IMG/VR virus record: IMGVR_UViG_3300033073_001175
Span: 64,001 to 125,027 of that record
Source of the DNA: a virus
Taxonomy: Duplodnaviria > Heunggongvirae > Uroviricota > Caudoviricetes
Direction: 5' to 3' (one strand)
Length of the DNA: 61,027 bases
The notes below the pieces were generated by a model. That model searched no databases. It was not told the origin of the DNA and worked only from the letters and a program-made list of their open reading frames with translations. A program made the translations under genes and the position numbers. Positions 9,532 to 20,500 of this stretch are shown in pieces. Numbering within the stretch: position 1 is the stretch's first letter; every line of letters starts with the position of its first letter.

Positions 9532-10251
9532 TTATCTCACTTGTTTAAAAGCGTCAGGTTCTGGTACATTAGAACCGAAGTCTCTAAAACTTTTTTTAAT
9601 ATCTCCTGATGAATAATTTTCAACATCGTCCTGTGTTAAAACATATTCATTTTTTCCTGTTTTTTCCATATCATCCATTTTATCTTCGAAAAAATCGCTA
9701 AGTTTTTGATTATATGGTCCCGAATCTAAACTTCTTAATTCAAGTTTTTCTTCAGGGGTCTTTGGTCTCATTTTTTCAATTTTTGTTTCCAAATCATTTA
9801 ATTTATTCATGATACTATCCATATCCGAAAGTTTAGTTTCTAAATCGGTTAGGTGTTTAAATAAATTATCAAAATATTCTTCTTGTTTAGTTTCCACATT
9901 TTTTTGTGACTTAACTAAATCAGTTATTTCAATTTCTTTACCTTTTTTACCTTCACCTTTTTTATCGTCTAACTTTTCAACGTCAGGGTCATTTGCAACA
10001 TCCACAGGGGCTGCAGGTGGTGGAGGTGGAGTTCCTCCCGCAGCTGCAGGGTCTCCTCCTGGAGGTGGTGGTACTCCCGCTCCTAAATCTGCAGGTGGGG
10101 GTGGTGGTGGTAATCCTCCTCCCGCATCAGCAGGTGGTGGAGGTGGCGGTGGTAAAGCCGCGTCTTGTTCAAAGATATATCCGTTTATTTCTCTATATCT
10201 TTTAATTTCACTTATAATTTTACTATCTACTTTACCCATTTTTTTATCCAT
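9532..10251 (-). CDS. Polyproline-rich protein with coiled-coil C-terminus (putative head/core protein)
   Basis: 239 aa; runs of 7, 6, 4 and 5 Pro with G/A spacers, then heptad-like LTDLETKLSDMDSIMNKLNDLETKIEKM. Confidence 0.8.
   Translation of the reverse strand: MDKKMGKVDSKIISEIKRYREINGYIFEQDAALPPPPPPPADAGGGLPPPPPPADLGAGVPPPPGGDPAAAGGTPPPPPAAPVDVANDPDVEKLDDKKGEGKKGKEIEITDLVKSQKNVETKQEEYFDNLFKHLTDLETKLSDMDSIMNKLNDLETKIEKMRPKTPEEKLELRSLDSGPYNQKLSDFFEDKMDDMEKTGKNEYVLTQDDVENYSSGDIKKSFRDFGSNVPEPDAFKQVR
10006..10152 (-). repeat. GC-rich low-complexity polyproline repeat (coding)
   Basis: Encodes PPPPPPPADAGGGLPPPPPPADLGAGVPPPPGGDPAAAGGTPPPPPAAP. Confidence 0.9.
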
Positions 10252-10468
10252 TTAATAATTGTTTAACTCCAGTGGTTGTTTCAACTTGAATTTTTTTATT
10301 TGTTTTAATTGTATTATCAAATCTTTCTATAAGTCCGTCTTTCATTCTTACAGTATAACAATCACCTGTTTCAAGGTCACAAACTTGTTTAGTACCATCT
10401 CCCATGTCTTTTTCTGTAGTTCTAGTATTTTTACCTAAGTAACTATCTAATATCATTTTTGTGTTCAT
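10244..10468 (-). CDS. Hypothetical protein
   Basis: 74 aa; overlaps the start of the next gene by 8 nt; TATTTAT box upstream. Confidence 0.75.
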   Translation of the reverse strand: MNTKMILDSYLGKNTRTTEKDMGDGTKQVCDLETGDCYTVRMKDGLIERFDNTIKTNKKIQVETTTGVKQLLNG

Positions 10469-10476
10469 ATTACTTT

Positions 10477-10488
10477 TATTTATAAATA
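10477..10488. promoter_or_regulatory. Putative phage-specific promoter box (palindromic TATTTATAAATA)
   Basis: One copy of the recurrent upstream motif, 8 nt before the ATG at 10468. Confidence 0.55.
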
Positions 10489-10525
10489 TCGTTATTTTGA
10501 ATAAAATATATAATTATATAGTATT

Positions 10526-13500
10526 TTATACAGGTGTTGGTGACGGTGTTGGGGTTGGTGTAGGACTTACAAGTTGATTAAAAGTGTTCAACCTATCTAT
10601 TGCGGTTTGGACTTTACTTTCTATATTGGATAATTGGGTCGGGTCCATAGTCGTATATACATTTTCATCTAATGTTTCCGCACTATTATTTAATATCCAA
10701 AACTTAGCAATTGATTTGGCGGAATTGTCAGGAACTAAAACCATTCTACTTTTCCATCTTTGTAATAACATTTCAATATTTTTAGAACTACTTTCAAATA
10801 CTGCGTAAGGTAGTGTTAAACCACTATCGTCATTTTTAAGACAAAAGAAATTTTTACTTGTTTCAAAATATGTTTTAGAACTACCCCAAGATTTTGTTAA
10901 GTCAACACCTGAATAATTACTTTCGTATGACTTAAATCCTGTTGAAGTCCCTGATTCCAAATACAACGCCGAATATAATACATATTTAATCTTCCCATCA
11001 TCCGCAATATTTAAATTAGACATAACTGTTGTTATTGTATCGTAAGCATCTCTAAATGAGATTTGTTTTTCCGCTGGTGTACTTAATGCGGTATAAGTAC
11101 TGTAATCTGAAGATGGTGTACATGAAGGTGTTTGCACAAGTTCTTTATTACCGTTAGCATTAGATGTAACTTTATCTTTTTGTGAAATAACATTACCTGA
11201 AGCGTCTTTAGTTTCACTTGTTTTCGCTTTTTTATTTTTTTCTAAAACACTTTGTAATAAGTTGTTTCTTAAAGACTGTAAATACTTGTCTACTTTAGGT
11301 AACGACGCAGTAGGTTGTCTAGTTCCTGTAAAACTAGTTTCAAAATCAGAAGTTGTTATTGTGTGATTAACCGATGTAATCATATATGGACCGCTAAACA
11401 TTGGTACGTATCGTAAATTAAAATACATAGTAGGTTGTATTAAAGCGTTTCCTAACATTGTTACACTACATTCATAACTTCTATTTTTATATAAATTATA
11501 TAGTGACACATTCTGAGTCGTACCTGCTCTACCTCCACCTTGGTTTGCCATTTCATTTGTTACTTGTAGGGATTCGGCAGTTGCTTGTCCCGCATTTTGA
11601 CTAACTGAGAATGACTTAAATACTCCTTGGTTTTGAGGTCCGATATCAATATTAAATCCAACAACTTTGTTTGATTTGTCCCAATCATTTTTATTTATTT
11701 GATTCTCTACCAGAGGATTATCACTTGACCTTCTTAAATCAAACGAATCATTTCGATATCTGAAATCGACATTGTTTTTTAAATCTAATTGTTCACTTGG
11801 TTTACCTGCGTAAAAACAAACCATTTTTGCGGATGAATCTCTGTAATCAACATTTAAAAATGTACCAAATAATGTATTAGCAAAATCTAAAGTACCTTCA
11901 GGTTTTGGTTTTGGGTTTTTAACCGCATCTTGTACATTATAAAAATTCACATAAGATGGAATATTCATAATTACAAAATGATTCTCTACTAATATACTCT
12001 GTACGAATGTTAACATCGATACCTTAGGGTTAATGTTCAACAACATATTCTTAAGTTTAAAGATGTCAATTAAAACTTTATCTCCAATATTTCTACTTGC
12101 TCTATCTAATAATAAAACATCTTCAAATAAAGTTTTATTTTTAAAATCATTACCTGAAATCCATTTGTCATTTAATGATTTAAATGTTTCCCAATACTCC
12201 ACCTTACTCTGTTGTCCATCAAGTTTTGATTCCACTTGACTTTCAGGTGTGTTATTAACATTAGGTAATGACTTTTGTAATTTTATCATCAAATTGTTAA
12301 TAACCTTACCTTGGAAATTTTCAATACCTAATTGATAGTCGGTCATAACTTGGTAGAAAGCACTTAAACCTTCTTTAGATTGTGGGTTGGGTACTTGTGG
12401 ATATTGGTCTTGTGGTGTGTATGTTGTTGATACAATGTATTGTTTATCAGTTGGGTTTGTTGCTAATGAACCATAAAAAGAAATGATAGTGTCGTTAATA
12501 AAAGTTTGAGTATATCCCGTTGATAAAGGTGTTGATGTTGGTAACGTTTCAAATAAAATTAACCCTGCACTATTTTCAACATACCCAACATTTTTAGACA
12601 TTTCTCTTCTAACAGTTATGGTATCACCACTATATAATTTAGTCACTGAAAGTATTTTACTTGGCGAAGTTGGTGGTGGGTCGACAGGTGGTATCGGGTC
12701 GGTCTGAAACTGATTTAATTTTTGGGTGGCGTAAATTTTAATTATAGGTGCAAAAAGTTTTACATTTTCAGGTGTGAATGCAACATCTAAGTCAACAAAG
12801 AAATCAGTAATATACGAACCATTATTATCATAAACCAATTCAGGAATTTCAGAAAAACCAACATATAAATATAAAGCGTTCCACGCCGAACTAAAAGTTG
12901 ATTGTGACGATGATAAACTTACTCCTCCACCATTTGTTGGTAATGAATTAGGGGTCACACTCTTGTAACTTTCCCATGTATATGGGTCAGTTAATGGTAG
13001 GTTTGAAAATGTTAAAAATAATTTTCTATCGTAACTTGATGGATTACCATACTTAAATATAACATCATAATTTAAAAACGCTTTAATAACATTAGTTATA
13101 TTAATTGTTTGTTGATTTTGAATCTTATCAACTATCTCGGTTCCTGTGGTACCTGTAAAAACAGGGACTTTCATTAAAGACCTAAATAACATTTGGAAAT
13201 TTTTAAATGATTTAGTTGTTTCGTCTGCGTTAGCAGGAAAATCACTATAATCATAAATTGATTTAGAAAAATTTAAGAATTCAGTTTCAAACCCATCTAA
13301 TATTTCTTTTTGGAAAACTGACAACATTTCACTAAATTTAGAGTAATTGTTAGGTGTTCCATTTATTGAGAAATTTTCTTGTAACGATTGACCTGAAAAA
13401 ACTTGTTTCATGTAGTCAAATGGTGTAGGTCTGACTAATTTAGAATGGTCAAAATACCCGTATTGTGGTGCTGCCCAAAATAATCTAACAGAACCATCAT

Positions 13501-16500
13501 AAACTGATTGGTTTGAATTAACTTCAATGTCTAATTTACCATTTTTAAAACATTCGTTTTTAGTTTGATTTATATCAGAACCATGTGATGGCATTATATA
13601 AGTAAACTTTTTATTAACCTCATCAACCGTAACGGACCATGGGATTAATCTTAAATCTCTCATGTCGTTATTAGGGTCAAATCCTTCTGCTTCATTAATA
13701 ATTGCACTTTCAACATAGTAAACTGAAGTCCCCGATGTAATACCTGACTGAATCTCAGAATCTGTGTAACCTGAAAATATTTGGTATCCTTGGTAAAATA
13801 CATTAAAATCATTAATTAACTTAGGATAAAAACCAACATTTATTAATGATGATAATTCAGAACCTATGGTCGTGTCTTTTTGTAACACAATATCAATTGG
13901 TGACCCGTCAATGATTAAAGGATAATTTCTTGTCATTGCAGTTGTAACAGGGTCGAAATTTAAAGTATAGTCAAATGGTTTCCAAGAACCATCTAATATG
14001 TCCACACCGTCCTCAATGAATTTTTTATATCTATACCAAACAGAACCTATTTTTAAAATCCAAGCGTAAGGTATTTTATGTATAGCCCCGTATTTTTTAA
14101 ACGCTGCAAATATGTAATCTAAATCACTACTAACATTGTTCTCATACGTTTTATATTTTTCTCTTAGAGTCGCTAATGGTAAACTATTAATAAAATAATA
14201 AGCGGAAGAAACAAAAGGATATTGATTACTATTTCTAAAATTTTTAACACCTTCTTGGATTGAATTCACAAAATATGGGGTGTTGAATATAGATGTTGTT
14301 TGCTCACTATCAACATTACCATTATAATTATTATATCTTAAATTACCTTCAGTAGGTAACTGTTTATCGAATGTTCTTGTTTGATAAAACGTTTTTAACG
14401 TATCTTTAAAATCTATAATGTTAGGTGTTGTAACATTTAAATAATTAAAATTAGTTATTGGTCTAATTTTATCGGTTGACGTTGTATCTAAAAAATTAGT
14501 AATTAATTTTTTATTTTTATTATAATTTAAAACTTTTCTTGTATCTAAAGTAGCGTTAGAATCTAATATTGTAGTACCATTAGCTAAGTAATTTTTATCC
14601 CATCCTTTATTAGTAAATGGGAAAGTATCTGTCGTATCAAATTTATTAGTGTTAGTTGACCCTGTTATAATCTCAACTGCTGCATCTTCATTTTCTAATG
14701 AAATTAATGGTTGTGAAATTGATTTGTTTATTATATCGACATCTATAAATTCAAAACTAGAGTTATTAATATCGTTTTTAAGATAACGGGTGTTAAACTC
14801 TCCTCGTATAAAATTTTGCCAACTTTCTCCAACACCTCCGTTTGAAAACTGTCTAAGTATTGTTGTAAAATTAGACGCATTTATTCCATAATTTTTTAAT
14901 TTTTGTATTAAAAATGGGTTATCATTGGATAAGCTTTTAATTATATTAATACTTTCTCCTTCAGCAATGATATTAGTAATAACATCACCTTCAGAAGTTT
15001 TATTATTACTTCTAGATAATTTTGAATAGTTTGATACTAATATAATTCTTTCATATATTTCATAAAAAAACTTAACTTCTTCTTTACTTCCGTAAACCTC
15101 ATTAGTTATCGGGAATTCAATTGCATCAAAAGAAACTCTTTGTGGGTTTGTTACTTCATTATTATTTTCAGAAGGGTTTGGTGGTGGTGACTTTCTCTCC
15201 ACTAAACCTTTAATGAATTCTTCAACAAATTCTATTTCAGGCCACACATCAAAAAGATAACCTTTCGTTCTATTAACAATGGACGGGTCACCAGGGTATT
15301 TAATTTCATATTTTTCATGACCATCTTCACCCGAGGTCTCAACAATTAATTGTGGCCAAGGGTAAACAGGTGTATTTTTATCATCACCCGACAATACCGC
15401 GTCTGCGGAAGCCCCCGCAATTTGTTTATCAAAAATAACCTCTTTTCTATATTTGTTATCTCTTTGTTCCCAAGCCGCGGTATGAACATCATCCATCATT
15501 CTTAAAAATGCCTCACCATTTGCAAATACAACGGCTAATACATTTCGAATACTCGGAATGAAACCAATACCTGTATTTTTATCTTCTAAAAGAACAGATA
15601 ACGCTTTAGTTAATTCAACTTCAATTTCTTCTCTAATCGCTAATAAATCTTTACTCATTTTATCAGCTAAATCTAAAAAAGTATTAGTACCTTCAAAAAC
15701 AAAATAAGTATATACAGGATTTGTACTACCGTCTTTATTTTTTATTGACCCCGAATTGAATAATTGAGTCTTTTCCAATTCCGCTCTTAAATCAATCAAT
15801 TGTTCGTCTGTTGGTTCTTTCTTATTCTTATTTCTTTGTCGATATGTCTCTACCAAATCAATATCGGTAGATTGTACTTCTTTTGGGAATATTTCATAAG
15901 TTATTTTATTTGGTACTGATACATTTTTTGTTTTATTATTGATAGTATATTTACCATTTGTGCCGACAGTTGCATTTTTATTAAGTTGGTCATTATAATT
16001 CGCAATAATCTCTTTTAATTTTGTGATTGCCTCTTCCTTTCTTATCTCAGTATCATATTCAGATTTAAATGTATAAATTCTAGTTTTATCTTTATTGTTG
16101 AGAACATAATATTTTTTTGAGTTCATATATGTATTAAACCAACAAAAGTTTAACCCTTCACCTAAATAAACCGCTTTTTTATAATCCCTTAATTGTTTGT
16201 CATAGGTTTCAATGTCAGTAATTGAGTCTAAATTTTGTTTAGTAAATGAATCCATTATATTTTTAATGAACAATTCAATTCTATCCTTCATTTGCATTAA
16301 AGTGATTTCAGGAAAATCATCAGGTATCATACCTTTTGACTTATACTCACTGTAAACTTCTTTAACTTTCTGAAAACCTCTCTCAACTACAGTATCCTCA
16401 ACAGGTGTAAATTGACTAGCGGTACCTTGTTTAGTCTCAATTTTTAATCTTGATTGGTACATGTGAGGGGCCGCTAATAAATAACCCATTGAAAGTTCTG

Positions 16501-17215
16501 ATAAGATTGTGAACTTATATGTGAAAAACTTTAGTTCTATATCAAAATTTCCTGTGAATGAATTAAAATTTGCATTAAATGTGTGTAACATTAGTGGTAA
16601 TCTAACCGCTTTACCATAATAACCCTTCAATGTCAAATAAAACATAGGGTATGGTAAATTAAAGAAAGCCGCGTATGGTGAGTTATCACCCGATTCAAAT
16701 AATGCACGTCCTTTAATATCAACTAATTTTATTGTTATAGTTGACATGAATGATAAATTTTGGCTAATACTTATAGATGTTATCCCTAACAGTCCATTAT
16801 CGACAGAACCAGCCTTTCCGTATGAATTTATAGTTTGTTTTAAAAAAGTATCATCGCTATTTTGTGGGTTTCTAATTGCTTTTGTTACAGGTTGGTTAAC
16901 ACCTTCACCCTTAACAGTATCTTTACCTGTTATTTCATCGGTGTAGGAATTATCTAAAAAAGTTTTACCACCAGGTTTTAAAAAATTAAGTGTTGCTAAT
17001 GAAATAGTTTGGATTGCGTCATTACTTGCAACTCCAACGGCTAATTTAGTTCTTGGTATTACCTTACACTCTAAATTAGCATACATTACCAAGTTTTCAT
17101 GATTGACTAAACGTTCTTTAGCATTACCATTTTCATCAATGATTTTGTTAGGGTCAATGATGGTTATGTTGTTATAGTCAAATTCGACTAAAATATTTTC
17201 ATTATTATCTACCAT
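10526..17215 (-). CDS. Giant baseplate hub protein (gp27/gpD-like) with C-terminal putative GH73-like peptidoglycan hydrolase and Thr-Pro tail
   Basis: Hub-type C-terminal barrel (MLGNALIQP..YFNL..VPMFSGPYMITSVNHTI....FETSFTGTR), then LYLESG...NYSGV...YAVFES, ending SPTPTPTPSPTPV; next to the LysM/gp53-like gene. Confidence 0.7.
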   Translation of the reverse strand: MVDNNENILVEFDYNNITIIDPNKIIDENGNAKERLVNHENLVMYANLECKVIPRTKLAVGVASNDAIQTISLATLNFLKPGGKTFLDNSYTDEITGKDTVKGEGVNQPVTKAIRNPQNSDDTFLKQTINSYGKAGSVDNGLLGITSISISQNLSFMSTITIKLVDIKGRALFESGDNSPYAAFFNLPYPMFYLTLKGYYGKAVRLPLMLHTFNANFNSFTGNFDIELKFFTYKFTILSELSMGYLLAAPHMYQSRLKIETKQGTASQFTPVEDTVVERGFQKVKEVYSEYKSKGMIPDDFPEITLMQMKDRIELFIKNIMDSFTKQNLDSITDIETYDKQLRDYKKAVYLGEGLNFCWFNTYMNSKKYYVLNNKDKTRIYTFKSEYDTEIRKEEAITKLKEIIANYNDQLNKNATVGTNGKYTINNKTKNVSVPNKITYEIFPKEVQSTDIDLVETYRQRNKNKKEPTDEQLIDLRAELEKTQLFNSGSIKNKDGSTNPVYTYFVFEGTNTFLDLADKMSKDLLAIREEIEVELTKALSVLLEDKNTGIGFIPSIRNVLAVVFANGEAFLRMMDDVHTAAWEQRDNKYRKEVIFDKQIAGASADAVLSGDDKNTPVYPWPQLIVETSGEDGHEKYEIKYPGDPSIVNRTKGYLFDVWPEIEFVEEFIKGLVERKSPPPNPSENNNEVTNPQRVSFDAIEFPITNEVYGSKEEVKFFYEIYERIILVSNYSKLSRSNNKTSEGDVITNIIAEGESINIIKSLSNDNPFLIQKLKNYGINASNFTTILRQFSNGGVGESWQNFIRGEFNTRYLKNDINNSSFEFIDVDIINKSISQPLISLENEDAAVEIITGSTNTNKFDTTDTFPFTNKGWDKNYLANGTTILDSNATLDTRKVLNYNKNKKLITNFLDTTSTDKIRPITNFNYLNVTTPNIIDFKDTLKTFYQTRTFDKQLPTEGNLRYNNYNGNVDSEQTTSIFNTPYFVNSIQEGVKNFRNSNQYPFVSSAYYFINSLPLATLREKYKTYENNVSSDLDYIFAAFKKYGAIHKIPYAWILKIGSVWYRYKKFIEDGVDILDGSWKPFDYTLNFDPVTTAMTRNYPLIIDGSPIDIVLQKDTTIGSELSSLINVGFYPKLINDFNVFYQGYQIFSGYTDSEIQSGITSGTSVYYVESAIINEAEGFDPNNDMRDLRLIPWSVTVDEVNKKFTYIMPSHGSDINQTKNECFKNGKLDIEVNSNQSVYDGSVRLFWAAPQYGYFDHSKLVRPTPFDYMKQVFSGQSLQENFSINGTPNNYSKFSEMLSVFQKEILDGFETEFLNFSKSIYDYSDFPANADETTKSFKNFQMLFRSLMKVPVFTGTTGTEIVDKIQNQQTINITNVIKAFLNYDVIFKYGNPSSYDRKLFLTFSNLPLTDPYTWESYKSVTPNSLPTNGGGVSLSSSQSTFSSAWNALYLYVGFSEIPELVYDNNGSYITDFFVDLDVAFTPENVKLFAPIIKIYATQKLNQFQTDPIPPVDPPPTSPSKILSVTKLYSGDTITVRREMSKNVGYVENSAGLILFETLPTSTPLSTGYTQTFINDTIISFYGSLATNPTDKQYIVSTTYTPQDQYPQVPNPQSKEGLSAFYQVMTDYQLGIENFQGKVINNLMIKLQKSLPNVNNTPESQVESKLDGQQSKVEYWETFKSLNDKWISGNDFKNKTLFEDVLLLDRASRNIGDKVLIDIFKLKNMLLNINPKVSMLTFVQSILVENHFVIMNIPSYVNFYNVQDAVKNPKPKPEGTLDFANTLFGTFLNVDYRDSSAKMVCFYAGKPSEQLDLKNNVDFRYRNDSFDLRRSSDNPLVENQINKNDWDKSNKVVGFNIDIGPQNQGVFKSFSVSQNAGQATAESLQVTNEMANQGGGRAGTTQNVSLYNLYKNRSYECSVTMLGNALIQPTMYFNLRYVPMFSGPYMITSVNHTITTSDFETSFTGTRQPTASLPKVDKYLQSLRNNLLQSVLEKNKKAKTSETKDASGNVISQKDKVTSNANGNKELVQTPSCTPSSDYSTYTALSTPAEKQISFRDAYDTITTVMSNLNIADDGKIKYVLYSALYLESGTSTGFKSYESNYSGVDLTKSWGSSKTYFETSKNFFCLKNDDSGLTLPYAVFESSSKNIEMLLQRWKSRMVLVPDNSAKSIAKFWILNNSAETLDENVYTTMDPTQLSNIESKVQTAIDRLNTFNQLVSPTPTPTPSPTPV

Positions 17216-17528
17216 AATAGAAGAAGTGATTATCCAATTGGTTTTTATAGTCCTGTAAAGAAGCTACTAAAGGAAATGGAATAGTCAATATTGTTCCATC
17301 AGGAATGTTCCATTCTTGTCCTCCATATATAGGATTTCCTAACATTATTAACCACCCAAAGGTTGGGGAGCCGTAATATTGTTGTGAAATCTTATCCATT
17401 CTTGATTGACCAACTTTATAAATGTATCTTTTATCGGTAGATTTTGAAGGTAATGTGATGTAAGGAACAACGGTTTGTTGTCCGTCAATTAAAAAATCCG
17501 AATATCTATTATAACTTTGTCTTGCCAT
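17205..17528 (-). CDS. LysM-like baseplate wedge/tail X protein (gp53/gpX-like)
   Basis: RMDKISQQYYGSPTFGWLIMLGNP....IPDGTILTIP fits the LysM/gpX pattern. Confidence 0.85.
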   Translation of the reverse strand: MARQSYNRYSDFLIDGQQTVVPYITLPSKSTDKRYIYKVGQSRMDKISQQYYGSPTFGWLIMLGNPIYGGQEWNIPDGTILTIPFPLVASLQDYKNQLDNHFFYYGR

Positions 17529-20500
17529 TACGTTTTACTAAATTTAACCTTACCTATATAGGTTTTATCATCATTATCAACATTAACAGATTTATATAAA
17601 TCCCTAATCTCTTTGGTTTGGAAGTCAACAATCTGTGTGTTTTGATTCGGTACTGTAGTATAACTACATTTTCTTGTTTTTTTAGGGGTGTACATAACTT
17701 CATCAATACCTTCAGTTAAATCTTTATACGTAGGGTTTTTCTTTAACTTATCATAAATTTTTTCTTCAGAAACTAACTCTTTTTTATAAATTTTTTCTAA
17801 ATCATCTACAATGTTTTCAAATTTATTTTTTAAATTTACAGGGTCTTTAATATTTAAAACATCCCCTTTAATTACATAATTAATGAATTCATTTTTTTTA
17901 TTTTTATCCGTTAATATTCTACACATAATAAGGAAAAAATTTTGATTAGCGTATGTCTGTTGGTCACTACCACCCTCAAAATCACCTTGATTAATTAATT
18001 TAAAATTACCAGTTTCAATATAATTATTTGGGTCAAACCCTATTCTAAATCCTTTATCGGTATCTTTTAATAATGGAATAAATAACCCCATAGCGTTTTC
18101 TAATCTACCATAATCGTATGATAATTCTTCAAGTACTGTAACAGTTGTATCTCCAATTTTTCCCGTTTGTTCAGGAGTACAAAATAAACTATAAACTCTA
18201 GGTAAACTAGTATCTAAAAGTTTTCCGTCCGTTTTACTAGTTACTAAATTTATTTTTCTAATTAACTGAATATAATTTTGTTGGTAAAGGGTTAAATCTT
18301 GTATTATAGTTGAAACTCCATTAGTAAATGTTTTTTCTAAGTTAGAGATATATTCTTTCATATTGTTTTTAACCCCATCTAATTTTTGTTGTGAATTAAC
18401 AAAACCATATTTTTTTAATAATGTATCTATAATCGGATTAAACCCATTATCAATATTTTCAATACAACTTTTAAATTCTTTGGATATGTAATCCTCAACT
18501 TTGTTTGATTTACCGAAAATTTCAACAGGTTTTTTAGTTCCGTTAGGTCCTGGGTCATTAGATGTTTGGTCACCTAAGAATATGTCACCAGTATAAAATG
18601 AAGGTTCTTTACTTAACATACTAACAATAGGATATGAGTATTGTAAATTAGTACTTTCTAATTTATTTACAACCGTTTCAAAATAATTTTTGGTTTCGGT
18701 TAATAATTTATCCATAATGTCAGCATAACTGATTTCACCTGTTTGACCACTAGCAACAGGGATATTAGTAATTATAGTACCAATAGTTGACCCTCCGTCA
18801 TTTGTTTGTTGGGTATCTACGTTGTTAACAGTTGCGGGAACTTCAGATGCTAATATCGCGTCAACCACTTCTTTGTCTAATGCGGATGTGTCTTCAGTTG
18901 CAACCGCTCTTTCATCATATATCTCTGTGTTAGCATAATAATTAAATGAAAGGGCGTTTTGTAGTTGTTCTACAGGTTTTGCCAATCCCATACCTCCAAT
19001 TATGTTAAAACTTAAGGTAATATTAGCCATCATTGGTTGTATACCAATACCTTCAGGATTCATATCAAAAGTTATTGGTTCGTATTGAATTTGTAATCCT
19101 GTAGGAATTGCCTTTGTGTGGTAGAAGTCACCAACTCTGATTACCAATACGGGTGGAGCCCCAAATGAAGTGTTAACCGCGTCATTATATTTTGGTTTAC
19201 CATCGGCGCCAATAGTAGGTATTGTTTCACCTGGTCTAACACATTGATTTAAGAACGTTAAACGTGCATTTAAACCTTCAGGTGTTATTGAGTGGAAGGT
19301 AGGGTTAAAGTATTTAATCTTCTCTTTGAATGTGTTATATACCATAGGATTCTCTTCTTTAATTAATTCAAAGTAATCACACTCAGTTAAAAGATTTCTT
19401 AATATTTTTTTAGCTATCCCCTCTTTAAGTTTTTTAATAACTTCAACCGTTGGTTTCGGTTTTGAAACAGGAATGTTTTCCGTTCTTGGTTGTTCAACTA
19501 CAGGAGGAGGTGGGGTTGCGGTTGTGGTAGTTGTAGTTGGTGAGGCTATCGGAGTAACTTTAATATTATTTATTTTTACCCTTCTACAAGCCATAGCATT
19601 TACCGAATAAACTTGTGATAAATCAGTAACATTCCCATTTTTATCTTTAATGTTTGTAGTACAATTAACTTGGAAACCTGTTCCTAAATCACCTTTAGGT
19701 ATTACAAGTTCTTCACCTTTACCTTCTTCTAATGTTATTTTAAATGTTTTATCATCAATAAACTTAGCTAAATTGGCATCACCTATTTTATATTCTCTAA
19801 AGAATTTTTTTACTGAATCCAATCTTCGTTTTGATAAGTTTACGTTATAATCAACTGACGCAGGTGCCGATGCGGAACCCAACATGGTTATTTCAATCGT
19901 ACCTTTCTTTTCTTTCAATATATTATATGCGTCAACGATAAAGTTCTTTTCATTTTTAGCAATCGTATTAAAGTTAGGTATAATTATAGTGTCAAAAAAT
20001 TCTTTAACATTTCTACTCTCAGAACCTGCGGCGAATATTGCATTAGCATTATTAACATATTTTTGTATGAATGAAGGTTCGGTATATATATCGTACCAAT
20101 AATTAAATGGTTGACTTGCAACAGTGCTATTTGAATTAGGGTCAGGTCTATCGTTATGGAAATAAAAACCTAACTCTTTATATTTCCCTTCAAAATCTGA
20201 AGCAAATGTGTCAGGTGTTACTGCGGTATCTGTATTTGTATTTTGGTTACCTGTACCTGATGAATTAGGTCCACCATCCGCAGTATTTTCTTTAGGTATC
20301 TCTTTATTAATACCCGCTAATTCTTCAGGTGTTAATCTTGGGTTGTTTAGAATCTCTTGGTATGTAAATAAGTCTTTAGTTGGTATAGTGTTAAACTTTT
20401 TCGCTAATTCATATATATCATATTTTACACAACCCGCAAAAAACGAATCTATAATTGAATTTATTCTTTCACTATTTTGGCCTTTTAATTGTTTTTCAAC

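Noticed and set aside
9809-10255. 148-aa Gly/Ala-rich plus-strand ORF (and 9993-10205)
   Set aside because: Antisense shadow of the polyproline tract.
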